DNA of 64,000 nucleotides from an uncultured Bacteroidia bacterium (GTDB taxonomy: Bacteria > UBA4055), in contig CAZYNH010000001.1 of NCBI GenBank assembly GCA_964648295.1, positions 197,180 through 261,179 on the forward strand, written 5' to 3'. The translations under genes and the position numbers were made by a program. This document shows, piece by piece, positions 39,877-49,350 of this stretch. The notes beneath the pieces were generated by a model, which made no database searches, had not been told where the DNA came from, and was given only the letters and a program-made list of their open reading frames with translations. Every line of letters begins with the position of its first letter. Within the stretch, counting starts at the first letter, position 1.

Positions 39877-41040
39877 CTAATAATCAAATACTCTTATTTT
39901 CAGATCTTCCGTATTATCTATAAGGTAAAGCCTATCCCCGATCAGCTTCATTTTGAAATTCATCCCCAGATCCGCATCATCTTCATAAAAATCCAGTTTG
40001 ATCCTATTCAGGTATATGCCATTTTCAAAAATATCAAAATAAAGTGTCCTGTCGTTCGGATCGTTTTTTTTCAAAGAAGTAAGAGCCCATAACCTTCCGT
40101 ATTTGTCCAGCCACAGACCGTTAAGCGCTTTCTTATATGATTCTTTCGTCACATTTTCCGCAACATCGCCGTTTTCATTTCTGACACTGATCTGTCCGCT
40201 CAGATTTTTCAGTTCGTCATCAGTAAGTTTAACTTTGATATAATTCCTGGTAAAATTGTATAAGTTCGACCCGTTAAGATCATAAACTTTGACCCCTACC
40301 TTATCCTCGCTAATATCTCCAATAAATATTTTACCGTTACTATAAGCATAAGCAGCCATAAAATCCATAGGATTCATCTGCGGGTTTGCAGGGTCGAAAT
40401 TCATCCTGATCATGCTGAAATCATTTTTCTTGTTCATAGCGCAGTCATATTTGGATATTGAGCTTACCAGAACAACTTTACCTTCACCTGCCTCGGCATG
40501 AATATCAGTTCCTATAATATCTGAAGAATTACTGTCGCTTAAGGTAAACACGGGTACTTTTTCGGACATTATCTTTGTAGAAATGTGCTTTCCGGAGGGA
40601 TCATACTTTGTCACTTTTGATGATGACGGATCAAAAACAAAAACTGTATCTTTTACGGTACAAATGTCTTTAGCCTGATTGTATTCGCCCGGTCCCGATC
40701 CCTTTCTGCCGAAACTCAACAGGTATTTTCCGTTCTTATCGAATTTTTTTATAGTATTCGACTGCCTATCAACAATGTAGATGCTTTCTTCATGATCAGC
40801 AGTAATATTATCGCAGCTATGGAAGCTACGTTCGCTGTCAGGGTCATTCCCATCCACTCCGATTATACTGAATAATTCAGTAAACTTATAATTAAAATCC
40901 GGATCGGACGGCTCATTTTTATTGATGACTGTTTTTACACCGTTCTTTTCGATCACTTCGTAAGTTGTTACTTTTGTGTCGTTCTGCTTTGAGCAGCCGG
41001 CTAATATAATAAGCACTAAAAAAAGTATCTGCGTTTTCAT
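39877..41040 (-). CDS. lipoprotein, probable 6-bladed beta-propeller (NHL-like) fold
   Basis: Lipobox LAGCSKQND. A repetitive beta-rich sequence. The function call is weak. Confidence 0.4.
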   Translation of the reverse strand: MKTQILFLVLIILAGCSKQNDTKVTTYEVIEKNGVKTVINKNEPSDPDFNYKFTELFSIIGVDGNDPDSERSFHSCDNITADHEESIYIVDRQSNTIKKFDKNGKYLLSFGRKGSGPGEYNQAKDICTVKDTVFVFDPSSSKVTKYDPSGKHISTKIMSEKVPVFTLSDSNSSDIIGTDIHAEAGEGKVVLVSSISKYDCAMNKKNDFSMIRMNFDPANPQMNPMDFMAAYAYSNGKIFIGDISEDKVGVKVYDLNGSNLYNFTRNYIKVKLTDDELKNLSGQISVRNENGDVAENVTKESYKKALNGLWLDKYGRLWALTSLKKNDPNDRTLYFDIFENGIYLNRIKLDFYEDDADLGMNFKMKLIGDRLYLIDNTEDLKIRVFDY

Positions 41041-41119
41041 AATTATCTCCCGTTTTTACAATTTAGACTTTCAATCTAAGAAAAAGTTGTCAGGAAAAAT
41101 TGTAAAAAATCGTACGGGG

Positions 41120-41200
41120 GTAAAATCGGGGAATGAAATCCCCATTTTATCGGTAATTCGGGGAATCGAATCCCCGTTTTAATGGTAATTCGGGGAATTT
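41120..41200 (+). repeat. 2.5 tandem copies of an about 31-nt unit GGTAATTCGGGGAATsrAATCCCCrTTTTA, each forming a hairpin (GGGGA..TCCCC) followed by a T-run
   Basis: Read directly: atcggggaatgaaatccccattttatc / ggtaattcggggaatcgaatccccgttttaat / ggtaattcggggaatttg. Confidence 0.6.
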
Positions 41201-41211
41201 GTGCCTGATCA

Positions 41212-41601
41212 TCATTTAAGATCTTCCGGATCTTTTTCGACCTTCTGACCCGAATTCATCTGCTCAACGGATTCGAATAATCTGTCTGCATTCTTCTTTG
41301 AGCTGAGAATATCCATATTTCCCATTATTGAATTGTACTCGTCAAGAGAGAAAATAGGCTCTTTATGAATTTCAGTTCGCAATTTTTTAATATCCGCGAT
41401 GATCTCTTCCGCAGTCCGATCATCTTCCCACGAACCTGCGAGCTTTAACCATTCTTCAGTTGCTCTGGTGGCTTTAATTTCATTTTCTATATCTTCATTA
41501 CTCAACTTGTTAAGTCCTGTTTTGACAGAATTCTTCTGGATGGAAGTTACAGAATCTATGGCTTTCTGCCTGAGCGAAGTTTTTCCTTTTTCAGACTTCA
41601 T
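41212..41601 (-). CDS. hypothetical protein, directly abutting vapC (third gene of the operon)
   Basis: Its start codon is adjacent to the vapC stop. Charged, helical-looking sequence with no motif recognised. Confidence 0.45.
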   Translation of the reverse strand: MKSEKGKTSLRQKAIDSVTSIQKNSVKTGLNKLSNEDIENEIKATRATEEWLKLAGSWEDDRTAEEIIADIKKLRTEIHKEPIFSLDEYNSIMGNMDILSSKKNADRLFESVEQMNSGQKVEKDPEDLK

Positions 41602-42003
41602 TTATACTGTCCAGTTCTCAATTAATAATCCTTCAACTTTAGAAAATTCTCTTATATTATTAGTAACAAGAATTCCGCCTTGAGCCATTACAGTTGAAGA
41701 AATAATAAGATCGTTAGGACCTATAGGTTCGCCTGCTTTTTCCAGATTTGATCTTGTTATAGAATAATATACAGAAGCTTCATCACCAAATTCGATTATT
41801 TCATAAGGTTCAAGAAAAGCATTTATTTTTTTTAAATTATCTTCGATTAGACTGCTTTTTCTTGCACCGTGTAATAGTTCTGCCTTCACGATAGAAGGTA
41901 TTTTAATTTTATCAGGACTTATTGTTTTAATTTTATTTGCTATCTTTTCGTTTGTACCTTTCAGGAAATATATACAGATATTCGTATCCAGATAATAATT
42001 CAT
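41602..42003 (-). CDS. vapC: type II toxin-antitoxin system VapC-family toxin (PIN domain)
   Basis: PIN acidic residues (YLDTNICIYF..., D...E...D pattern). 133 aa. Overlaps the upstream antitoxin. Confidence 0.85.
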   Translation of the reverse strand: MNYYLDTNICIYFLKGTNEKIANKIKTISPDKIKIPSIVKAELLHGARKSSLIEDNLKKINAFLEPYEIIEFGDEASVYYSITRSNLEKAGEPIGPNDLIISSTVMAQGGILVTNNIREFSKVEGLLIENWTV

Positions 42004-42236
42004 AATTTTTCCCTTTCGCTATCACCGTAGAAATCAGCTGGTCTTTCCGCAACCATTGTTTCGTCTTTGATTGAACCGAAAAGATTGAAATATCCTTTCG
42101 GGTATTCTTTTTCTAATGAACGCTGAATGTTTAATCCCACCCATTTCGAAATGGAAACATGCTCTTTCTTTGCGGCTTTTTCGACCTTTTTGAGCGTTTC
42201 TTCATCAATATAAAGCGATATCTGAGGCATTATCAA
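42000..42236 (-). CDS. vapB: antitoxin (VapB/RHH-like), 78 aa
   Basis: Small ORF overlapping the vapC start by 4 nt. Charged DNA-binding-like N-terminus. Confidence 0.7.
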   Translation of the reverse strand: MIMPQISLYIDEETLKKVEKAAKKEHVSISKWVGLNIQRSLEKEYPKGYFNLFGSIKDETMVAERPADFYGDSEREKL

Positions 42237-42300
42237 ACCTCCTCTATTTGTTGATTATAATATAAAATAAAACAAGTATAATTGCAAGTATAAAATTGTA

Positions 42301-43392
42301 TCAATATCTTCTAAATTCTGCAAAAGCCTGATCGACCCAGCGGTCCCTTATCTCATTAAGTCCGCCCTGATAGATCTTCTGACCTTCCGGATCTCCGTAT
42401 TTTTTCGCAAGTTCCGCGAGATCGAAGTCTGAAATGTCTTTGCTGAAACAGCTTTGCAAAGTACTGAAATTGTCACATGAAAGAGCTTTATCCAATAATA
42501 TAGAAAGGTCATCATTTTTGAAACTACCGTGCAAAGTTGTCAGAAAATTTCCTTTTCCGGTATAAAGGTCGAAATTCCGGTCAGCGACAAGCCAGATATC
42601 ATTCAAATAACGCAGTTTATACTTCTTCTTTTCATCTTCAGATAACGACAGCGCCTGTTTTACCAGCTCAGCTTCAGTAAGAGATATGATCTCCGCCATG
42701 AACTTATCTTTATCAGGCACTTCATCACCGCTGTATTCTGACAGGACAGAACCGATCTTCTCAACATCTTCATAAGTTGCGCGCAACTTTTCGTATCTTC
42801 TTCCTCTGGAAGTGGCATTATACCGCGCGAAACTGATAAGAATATTTTCATGAACACTGTCGGGTGCGATTACATTTTTAATAAGTTCGGGAATTTCACT
42901 GATATTTTCTTTTGTAATAAAAACATTGATCTGAATATCTATCCCTGCAGATCTGATACGCTTTAAAGCGGTAAGTAATTCTTCGAAAGCTCCTTTACGA
43001 CCGACAGCCCTGTCATGAGTCGCGCCAATACCGTGAAAAGAGAGCACCATAAACGGCGCTTCGAGCAGTTTCAGACCATCAAGAACATCTTTCCAGTCCT
43101 CTCTTACCGCCAGAGCTATTCCTGAAGTCGCAACTTCTTCAGGAGGCTGACCGTATTTTCTGAAAAGCTTTATCTGTTCAACAGCGTCCGGATGCGCCAG
43201 CTCCTCGAACATCGGAAAAGGGCATAAATTATATTCAGGCTTATCCTCAAAATATTCCTTAACCCTTATCAATACCTCTTCCACTTCAGAAAGCGGCATA
43301 TTCTTAAAAGGTTTACTCTGCGCCCAGCAGTGCATACAGCTCGTCAGACAACCTGATGTATTCACCTGCAGAAAAACATTTTTTACGGTCAT
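42301..43392 (-). CDS. radical SAM domain protein of unknown function
   Basis: CLTSCMHCW (Cx3Cx2C) near the N-terminus. No SPASM or other recognisable domain. Confidence 0.55.
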   Translation of the reverse strand: MTVKNVFLQVNTSGCLTSCMHCWAQSKPFKNMPLSEVEEVLIRVKEYFEDKPEYNLCPFPMFEELAHPDAVEQIKLFRKYGQPPEEVATSGIALAVREDWKDVLDGLKLLEAPFMVLSFHGIGATHDRAVGRKGAFEELLTALKRIRSAGIDIQINVFITKENISEIPELIKNVIAPDSVHENILISFARYNATSRGRRYEKLRATYEDVEKIGSVLSEYSGDEVPDKDKFMAEIISLTEAELVKQALSLSEDEKKKYKLRYLNDIWLVADRNFDLYTGKGNFLTTLHGSFKNDDLSILLDKALSCDNFSTLQSCFSKDISDFDLAELAKKYGDPEGQKIYQGGLNEIRDRWVDQAFAEFRRY

Positions 43393-44018
43393 TTTAAAAT
43401 ATCCTGAACGACGGGTTTTAGTCCGGCGAAGAAGAATTCGACCGCGATGACCATTACGATCAGTCCCATGAGCCTCATCATCACATTGTTGCCCGTCTCA
43501 CCTATAAAGTTCGTGATCTTCGACGAGTATTTCAGACCCAGGTAGGTGATCAGCATTATCGTGAAAATAGCGGACAGCAGGATGACCTTCTGCACCATAT
43601 CGGCAGCGTCCTCCATAAGAACGATCGCATTCGTAATAGCTCCCGGACCGCAGATCATCGGAATAGCCAGCGGAGTGATGGAGATATCGTTGATGTACGC
43701 TTTAACTTCCGACTTTTTAACTTCCGTCCTTGTCAGCCTTGCCTGAAGCATGTCCATTCCCATAAAGAAGAAGATGATGCCCCCGACGATCCTGAAACTG
43801 TTCACCGAAATGCCGAAGAACTTGAAAAGAAGCTGTCCCGTCACCGCGAAGATAAGAATAGTAAGAAGCGACACGAAAGACGCCTTTTTTGCAGTCCTCA
43901 CCCGGTTCTTTGCATCAAGCTCCGAAGTCATCGCCACGAAAATAGGGATCACACCAAGCGGATTAATAAGCGTGAAGAACGATGTAAAAGCAAGAAGCGC
44001 GAAATTGAAAGTGTCCAT
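43389..44018 (-). CDS. MarC family (UPF0056) integral membrane protein
   Basis: The NPLGVIPIF motif and about 6 TM helices. Confidence 0.85.
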   Translation of the reverse strand: MDTFNFALLAFTSFFTLINPLGVIPIFVAMTSELDAKNRVRTAKKASFVSLLTILIFAVTGQLLFKFFGISVNSFRIVGGIIFFFMGMDMLQARLTRTEVKKSEVKAYINDISITPLAIPMICGPGAITNAIVLMEDAADMVQKVILLSAIFTIMLITYLGLKYSSKITNFIGETGNNVMMRLMGLIVMVIAVEFFFAGLKPVVQDILK

Positions 44019-44155
44019 CTCATCCTCCCGTAAAGTCCGCGGAAATCTAAAGGAAAATCAGGGGATTCGCAAATTGGACTGTATTTACACTTGTAATTTA
44101 CTTTGAAAAGTAATAAACAATAATTATCTTATTTAATAATAAATCTTTCAGAAAA

Positions 44156-44587
44156 ATGGACAAACTGACAAAAGAGCAACGAAGAAAAAACATGCAGGCA
44201 ATTAAATCGAAAGGAACAAAGATTGAAGTTGCGCTTGCGAAAGCATTATGGTCAAAAGGATACAGGTACAGAAAAAATAATAGAACAGTTTTAGGCACAC
44301 CGGATCTTACTTTTAAGAAATTTAAAATTGCGGTTTTTGTTGACAGTGAATTTTGGCACGGAAAAGATTGGAAAGAAAATAAAAATAAGATAAAATCAAA
44401 TCAGGAATTTTGGTACAATAAGATTGAAGCCAATATTAAAAGAGATAAGAAAGTAAATAAAGAACTGAAAAAACAGGGTTGGAAAGTTCTCAGATTTTGG
44501 GGAAAAGAAATTGAGAAACAGCTGGAACAATGTGTTTTAAAAATTATTACAGTTTACAAAAGTAATTCGAAAAGATTTTTAATTTAA
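44156..44587 (+). CDS. vsr: very-short-patch-repair endonuclease
   Basis: GTKIEVALAKALW..GYRYR, TPDLTF and VFVDSEFWHG motifs. Confidence 0.9.
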   Translation: MDKLTKEQRRKNMQAIKSKGTKIEVALAKALWSKGYRYRKNNRTVLGTPDLTFKKFKIAVFVDSEFWHGKDWKENKNKIKSNQEFWYNKIEANIKRDKKVNKELKKQGWKVLRFWGKEIEKQLEQCVLKIITVYKSNSKRFLI

Positions 44588-44628
44588 TACTTGCCTTTGT
44601 TCATAAAAGACCGTAATTTTGGACAATA

Positions 44629-46143
44629 ATGTCAAAAAGTACGGAGTTCATTATGGAGCAGTCTTTAGGAGAGATTATAAAACAACGGAGAATTGAGCTG
44701 GGGTATCCATTAAAAACAGTAGCGTCATCTATAAATGTAGATACCTCATTATTAAGTAAAATTGAAAAAAACGAAAGAAAAATCAATATTGAATGTGTAA
44801 AGCCGTTGGCGGATATATTGTCAATAGACGAAAATACATTGTTAAATTATTATTACTCGACAAGAATTATTGAAGAACTTAAAGAATATCCGAATTATTC
44901 GGATGTGTTGACTATGGTAAGTGAAAGTTTGGCTACATATACTGTAGAACAAAGCCTTTTCAAAGTATCAGACGATTGGAGAAATAAAGAATTTTCAAAT
45001 CCGAATGCGACTATCAGAATCGGATCAATGTTCTCAGGTATTGGGGCAATCGAATATGCTTTTAAACGATTGAATTTAAAAAGTGAAATAGTTTTTGCAA
45101 GTGATATAGATCCTCATGTAAAAAAGAGTTATTTTGCCAATTATAATATCAATGAAGAAAACTGGTATGATGATGTTTGTAATATTGACGGGAACAAATT
45201 TAAATTTAAAATAGATCTTCTCGTTGGCGGTAGCCCATGTCAGTCGTTTTCAATGGTTGGGAAAAGGAAAGGATTTGACGATACAAGAGGAACTTTGTTT
45301 TATGAATTTGCTCGTGTAATAAAAGAAAGTCGGCCAAAAGTATTTATCTATGAAAACGTCAAGGGTTTAGTTACTCACGACAACGGGAATACTTTTGAAA
45401 CAATAAAAAATACTTTTGATGAGCTTGGATATAAGTATTTTTATCAGGTATTAAATTCCAGAGATTATGGAATCCCTCAAAATCGTGAAAGGATATTTGT
45501 TATTGGTTTCCGTGATCCGTCTGTTGAATTTAATTTTCCGATACCAATTGAATTGCAAAGAAAAATGCAGGATTTTTTGGAAGATTTTACTTCAAGCGAA
45601 TACTATCTCCGTGAAAAGGGAGTTAAATTTGTTACGAGTTCAAAAAATAAATTAAAGAGATATACACAAATAAATGGTGATGTAGCATTATGCCAAAAGG
45701 CAAATCAGCAGTTTAACTGGCACGGCGACTTCGTATTTGAAAAATATGATTCTGAAGATTTTGATGAGTTTGTTTTTGACGTAAACAAAGTTGAAGAAAA
45801 ATATTATCTTTCAGAAAAAGTGAGAGATTATGTACTTAAAACCGGAACGAAAACATTCAAGACATCGGTTAAAACGGATCTTGAAGTTGCAAGGCCGATA
45901 CTTCAAACTATGCACAAGATGCATCGTGCAGGAGTAGACAATTATGTGACACATAATAAAGGTAGAATCAGAAAACTGACACCCAGAGAATGTTTAAGAC
46001 TCATGGGATTCAGAGATGATTTTAAAATTGACGTCAGCGATACACAAATGTACAGACAGGCCGGAAACAGTATAGTTGTAGATGTTCTTATAGCATTATT
46101 AAAACAAATGGATATCACAAGATTTGGAGAATGGGTATCATGA
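44629..46143 (+). CDS. DNA (cytosine-5)-methyltransferase with an N-terminal XRE-type HTH domain
   Basis: HTH (LKTVASSINVDTSLLSKIEKNERK). Motif I FSGIGA, motif IV GGSPCQSFS, motif VI ENVKGL and motif X QAGNSIVV. Confidence 0.9.
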   Translation: MSKSTEFIMEQSLGEIIKQRRIELGYPLKTVASSINVDTSLLSKIEKNERKINIECVKPLADILSIDENTLLNYYYSTRIIEELKEYPNYSDVLTMVSESLATYTVEQSLFKVSDDWRNKEFSNPNATIRIGSMFSGIGAIEYAFKRLNLKSEIVFASDIDPHVKKSYFANYNINEENWYDDVCNIDGNKFKFKIDLLVGGSPCQSFSMVGKRKGFDDTRGTLFYEFARVIKESRPKVFIYENVKGLVTHDNGNTFETIKNTFDELGYKYFYQVLNSRDYGIPQNRERIFVIGFRDPSVEFNFPIPIELQRKMQDFLEDFTSSEYYLREKGVKFVTSSKNKLKRYTQINGDVALCQKANQQFNWHGDFVFEKYDSEDFDEFVFDVNKVEEKYYLSEKVRDYVLKTGTKTFKTSVKTDLEVARPILQTMHKMHRAGVDNYVTHNKGRIRKLTPRECLRLMGFRDDFKIDVSDTQMYRQAGNSIVVDVLIALLKQMDITRFGEWVS

Positions 46144-47117
46144 AAATAGAAATTGGAAGAGAAGAGTTAAATGTTATTGACGCTAAAGAAAAAATTACAA
46201 TTGCAGACTCATTTGTTGTAAGACAAAATAAAATAGGCACCGGTAACGGAGAAGCAAAACTTTATGTAGGAAATGATAATGAGAGTTTAAGAAATTTTTT
46301 TGGCAGTACTGGATTTACGGTTAAATGTTTTTTACTCAAAAAAGACCTGCTGAAGTATATGGACGAAACAAAAGCAGAATATCTCAAGCCTGAACAGCCG
46401 TATAATAATAAAGAATTATTACCGGGCCTGTGGCAGACAAGAAAAGAAAAAATTGAAGGATTGCCTGATAAAATTGAATTTGAAATATATGAACAGACAC
46501 AGATTGCGGGACCAAGGATATATGTAAAATCATCTGATAAAGCTTACGGTCTGATTCGAGAACTATCTTTACCAAATATCACTTATATTTCAGTTATAAA
46601 ATTAGTAGACTCCCAATCAGGCGATTTGTATTATTATTTCAGGCTCTTTGCAGATTATTTCGGTGAAATTGAACATCCATATTTATTTGAGAAAGAAAAA
46701 GAGCAAATTGAAGAAAAAGTAGAAGATAAAGTTGAAAGAGTTCAGCTGTATAAAGCTAGAATTGGTCAGGGTGAGTATAGAAAAAAATTACTCGAAATGT
46801 GTCCATTTTGCCCAATTACCATGATTTCAGATGACAGACTTCTGATAGCAAGTCATATAAAACCTTGGGTAGAATCTGATGAAAAGGAAAAGATAGATCC
46901 GTTTAACGGGTTGATGCTGACACCAACTTTTGACAGGTTATTCGACAGAGGTTTTATGTCTTTTACAGATGATAAGAAACTTATTTTATCACCTTTTTTA
47001 TCAAACATGACTTATTCAAAACTGGGAATATCCGACAGCAAGACCTATTCGTTATTACCTATAGAAGGTCGAGAAGAATATATGGAGTATCATAGAAAAG
47101 AGATTTTGAAAAAATAA
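46140..47117 (+). CDS. HNH-family endonuclease (putative restriction endonuclease)
   Basis: CPFCP...ASHIKPW...NGLMLTPTFDRLFDRGFMSF matches the HNH_2-type motif. The start overlaps the MTase stop (ATGA). Confidence 0.7.
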   Translation: MKIEIGREELNVIDAKEKITIADSFVVRQNKIGTGNGEAKLYVGNDNESLRNFFGSTGFTVKCFLLKKDLLKYMDETKAEYLKPEQPYNNKELLPGLWQTRKEKIEGLPDKIEFEIYEQTQIAGPRIYVKSSDKAYGLIRELSLPNITYISVIKLVDSQSGDLYYYFRLFADYFGEIEHPYLFEKEKEQIEEKVEDKVERVQLYKARIGQGEYRKKLLEMCPFCPITMISDDRLLIASHIKPWVESDEKEKIDPFNGLMLTPTFDRLFDRGFMSFTDDKKLILSPFLSNMTYSKLGISDSKTYSLLPIEGREEYMEYHRKEILKK

Positions 47118-47204
47118 TAGAGTAAAATTGCTTTAAAATTGATATGTTATATTAAACAAAATTAATTATATTTAACACTAAGATAATATGATGAATGAGT
47201 TAAA

Positions 47205-48284
47205 ATGAGAGAAAGGACCATAATAAGAGTATCAGCAATTGATTTATTTTGTGGAATTGGTGGGTTGTCATTTGGATTAAAGCAAGCTGGAATAAAAGTC
47301 AAAGCTGGTATTGATATAGATAAGACCTGTAAATATGCTTTCGAAACTAATTGCGATTCAAAATTTATTAATGAGGATGTAACTAAAATTAATGGTAAAG
47401 ATTTACAATTATTATATAAAAAAAATGAAATAAAAGTATTGACAGGTTGTGCTCCATGCCAGCCGTTTTCTTCATATACATATAAAGATGATAAAAAAAT
47501 TGATAAAAGGTGGCAATTGCTTTACGAATTTATTAGATTAATCAAAGAAACTAAACCTGATATTGTATCAATGGAAAATGTACCAACACTTTTAAAATTT
47601 AAAGAGGCACCAATATTTAAAGAATTTCTTGAGAGTCTTGAAATGGAAGGTTTTTATGTGAATTATCAAATCGTTTATGCACCTGATTACGGTATTCCAC
47701 AAAAAAGAAAAAGACTTGTATTGCTTGCCTCAAAATTTAGGAAAATTGAGTTGATTCCGCCGACTCACTTAGCCAATAGTTATTTAACAGTAAGAGACGC
47801 TATTGGGCAACTTGAAAAGATATCTTCTGGAGAATTCTCTCGGAGTGATTTTATACACAGGGCATCAAAATTATCTGAAAAGAATTTGAAGCGAATACAG
47901 CAATCTAAACAAGGCGGGAGTTGGAAAAAGGATTGGGATGAAAAATTGAAATTGAATTGTCATCAACAGGATAAAGGTAAATCTTATGTAAGCATTTATG
48001 GAAGGATGAAGTGGGATGAGCCCTCTCCAACAATGACAACTTTTTGTACGGGAATAGGTAATGGACGTTTTGGTCATCCTGACCAAGACAGAGCTATTTC
48101 TTTAAGAGAAGCAGCGATACTTCAAAGTTTTCCTTATGATTATAAGTTTGTTGATAAAGCTGAAAATTTACATTTTAGGAATGTTTCTAAACACATAGGA
48201 AATGCCGTTCCTCCAAAGCTGGGAGAAGTAATTGGGAAAAGCATTATTAACCATTTAAAGGGAGTTAAACATGGCAAAAAGTAA
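47205..48284 (+). CDS. DNA (cytosine-5)-methyltransferase (second)
   Basis: Motif I LFCGIGG, motif IV CAPCQPFS, motif VI MENVPTL and motif X GNAVPPKL. Confidence 0.9.
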   Translation: MRERTIIRVSAIDLFCGIGGLSFGLKQAGIKVKAGIDIDKTCKYAFETNCDSKFINEDVTKINGKDLQLLYKKNEIKVLTGCAPCQPFSSYTYKDDKKIDKRWQLLYEFIRLIKETKPDIVSMENVPTLLKFKEAPIFKEFLESLEMEGFYVNYQIVYAPDYGIPQKRKRLVLLASKFRKIELIPPTHLANSYLTVRDAIGQLEKISSGEFSRSDFIHRASKLSEKNLKRIQQSKQGGSWKKDWDEKLKLNCHQQDKGKSYVSIYGRMKWDEPSPTMTTFCTGIGNGRFGHPDQDRAISLREAAILQSFPYDYKFVDKAENLHFRNVSKHIGNAVPPKLGEVIGKSIINHLKGVKHGKK

Positions 48285-49350
48285 ATTTACAGAAGAAAAA
48301 ATTGAACAAATTTTAAAACAAGTCAGAGAAAAGTCTAGATTATATGACTATAGAACAAAAGATTATCCATTTGAAGTTATCTCTACAAAATTTGGTGATG
48401 AAAATGATCTAAGTTGTTCGCTTTATGTACCTGATTATCAGAGAGAATTTGTTTGGAAACCAGATCGGCAGTCAAAATTTATTGAGTCTGTTTTGCTTGG
48501 CGTACCATTGACACCTTTTTTAGTTTCAGAAGATACAGAAACTAGTAGGTTGGAAATAATTGACGGTTCTCAAAGAATTAGAACATTGATTGCTTTTTAT
48601 GAAAATAAATTACGTCTTAGAAAGTTGGAAAAATTAACCGAAATAAATTCAGCAAAATTTAAAGATCTACCACAAAAACTGCAGAATTATATAAAAAATA
48701 GGGACTTTAAAGTAATAGTTGTAGAAAACACAGAAAAAGATATAAGGCAAGATATTTTTGAGAGGATAAATACAACTAGTGAAAAATTAACTGATGCAGA
48801 AATACGAAAAGGTTCATATTCTGGAAAATTCTATGATATGGTACTTGAATTGAAGGAGGATTTAGAATTTATAGAAATATGTCCTATAACAGAAGAAAAA
48901 GAAAGAAGAGGTGAGTATGAAGAACTAATACTTAGATTTTTTGCATACAAGGATAGATATTTAGATTTTAAGCATGATGTAGCGATTTTTCTAGATGATT
49001 ATCTTGACGAAATGAATGAATCAGATTTTGATAAAGAAAGTTATATAAATGAATTCAAACGAACTATAAATTTTATAAAAACATATTATCCGTTTGGCAT
49101 ACGTAAAGACAATAACGCCAAAAGCACACCGAGGGTTCGTTTTGAAGCTATAGCAGTTGGCACTTATTTAGCCATAAAAGAACAACTCAATACATTAAAG
49201 CCCAATTTGGAATGGTTAGATTCTGAAGGGTTTAGATTGCAAACCACATCTGATTCAAGCAATAATCCTTCTAGACTTAAAAATAGAATTGAGTTTGTAA
49301 GAGATGGATTGTTAGGAAAACTCAATAATGATAGATTAATAAATGGATAA
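48271..49350 (+). CDS. DUF262 (ParB/GmrS-like NTPase) domain protein
   Basis: IIDGSQRIRT (a variant of DGQQR) and FERINTTSEKLTDAEIRKG motifs. Overlaps the upstream MTase by 14 nt. Confidence 0.8.
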   Translation: MAKSKFTEEKIEQILKQVREKSRLYDYRTKDYPFEVISTKFGDENDLSCSLYVPDYQREFVWKPDRQSKFIESVLLGVPLTPFLVSEDTETSRLEIIDGSQRIRTLIAFYENKLRLRKLEKLTEINSAKFKDLPQKLQNYIKNRDFKVIVVENTEKDIRQDIFERINTTSEKLTDAEIRKGSYSGKFYDMVLELKEDLEFIEICPITEEKERRGEYEELILRFFAYKDRYLDFKHDVAIFLDDYLDEMNESDFDKESYINEFKRTINFIKTYYPFGIRKDNNAKSTPRVRFEAIAVGTYLAIKEQLNTLKPNLEWLDSEGFRLQTTSDSSNNPSRLKNRIEFVRDGLLGKLNNDRLING

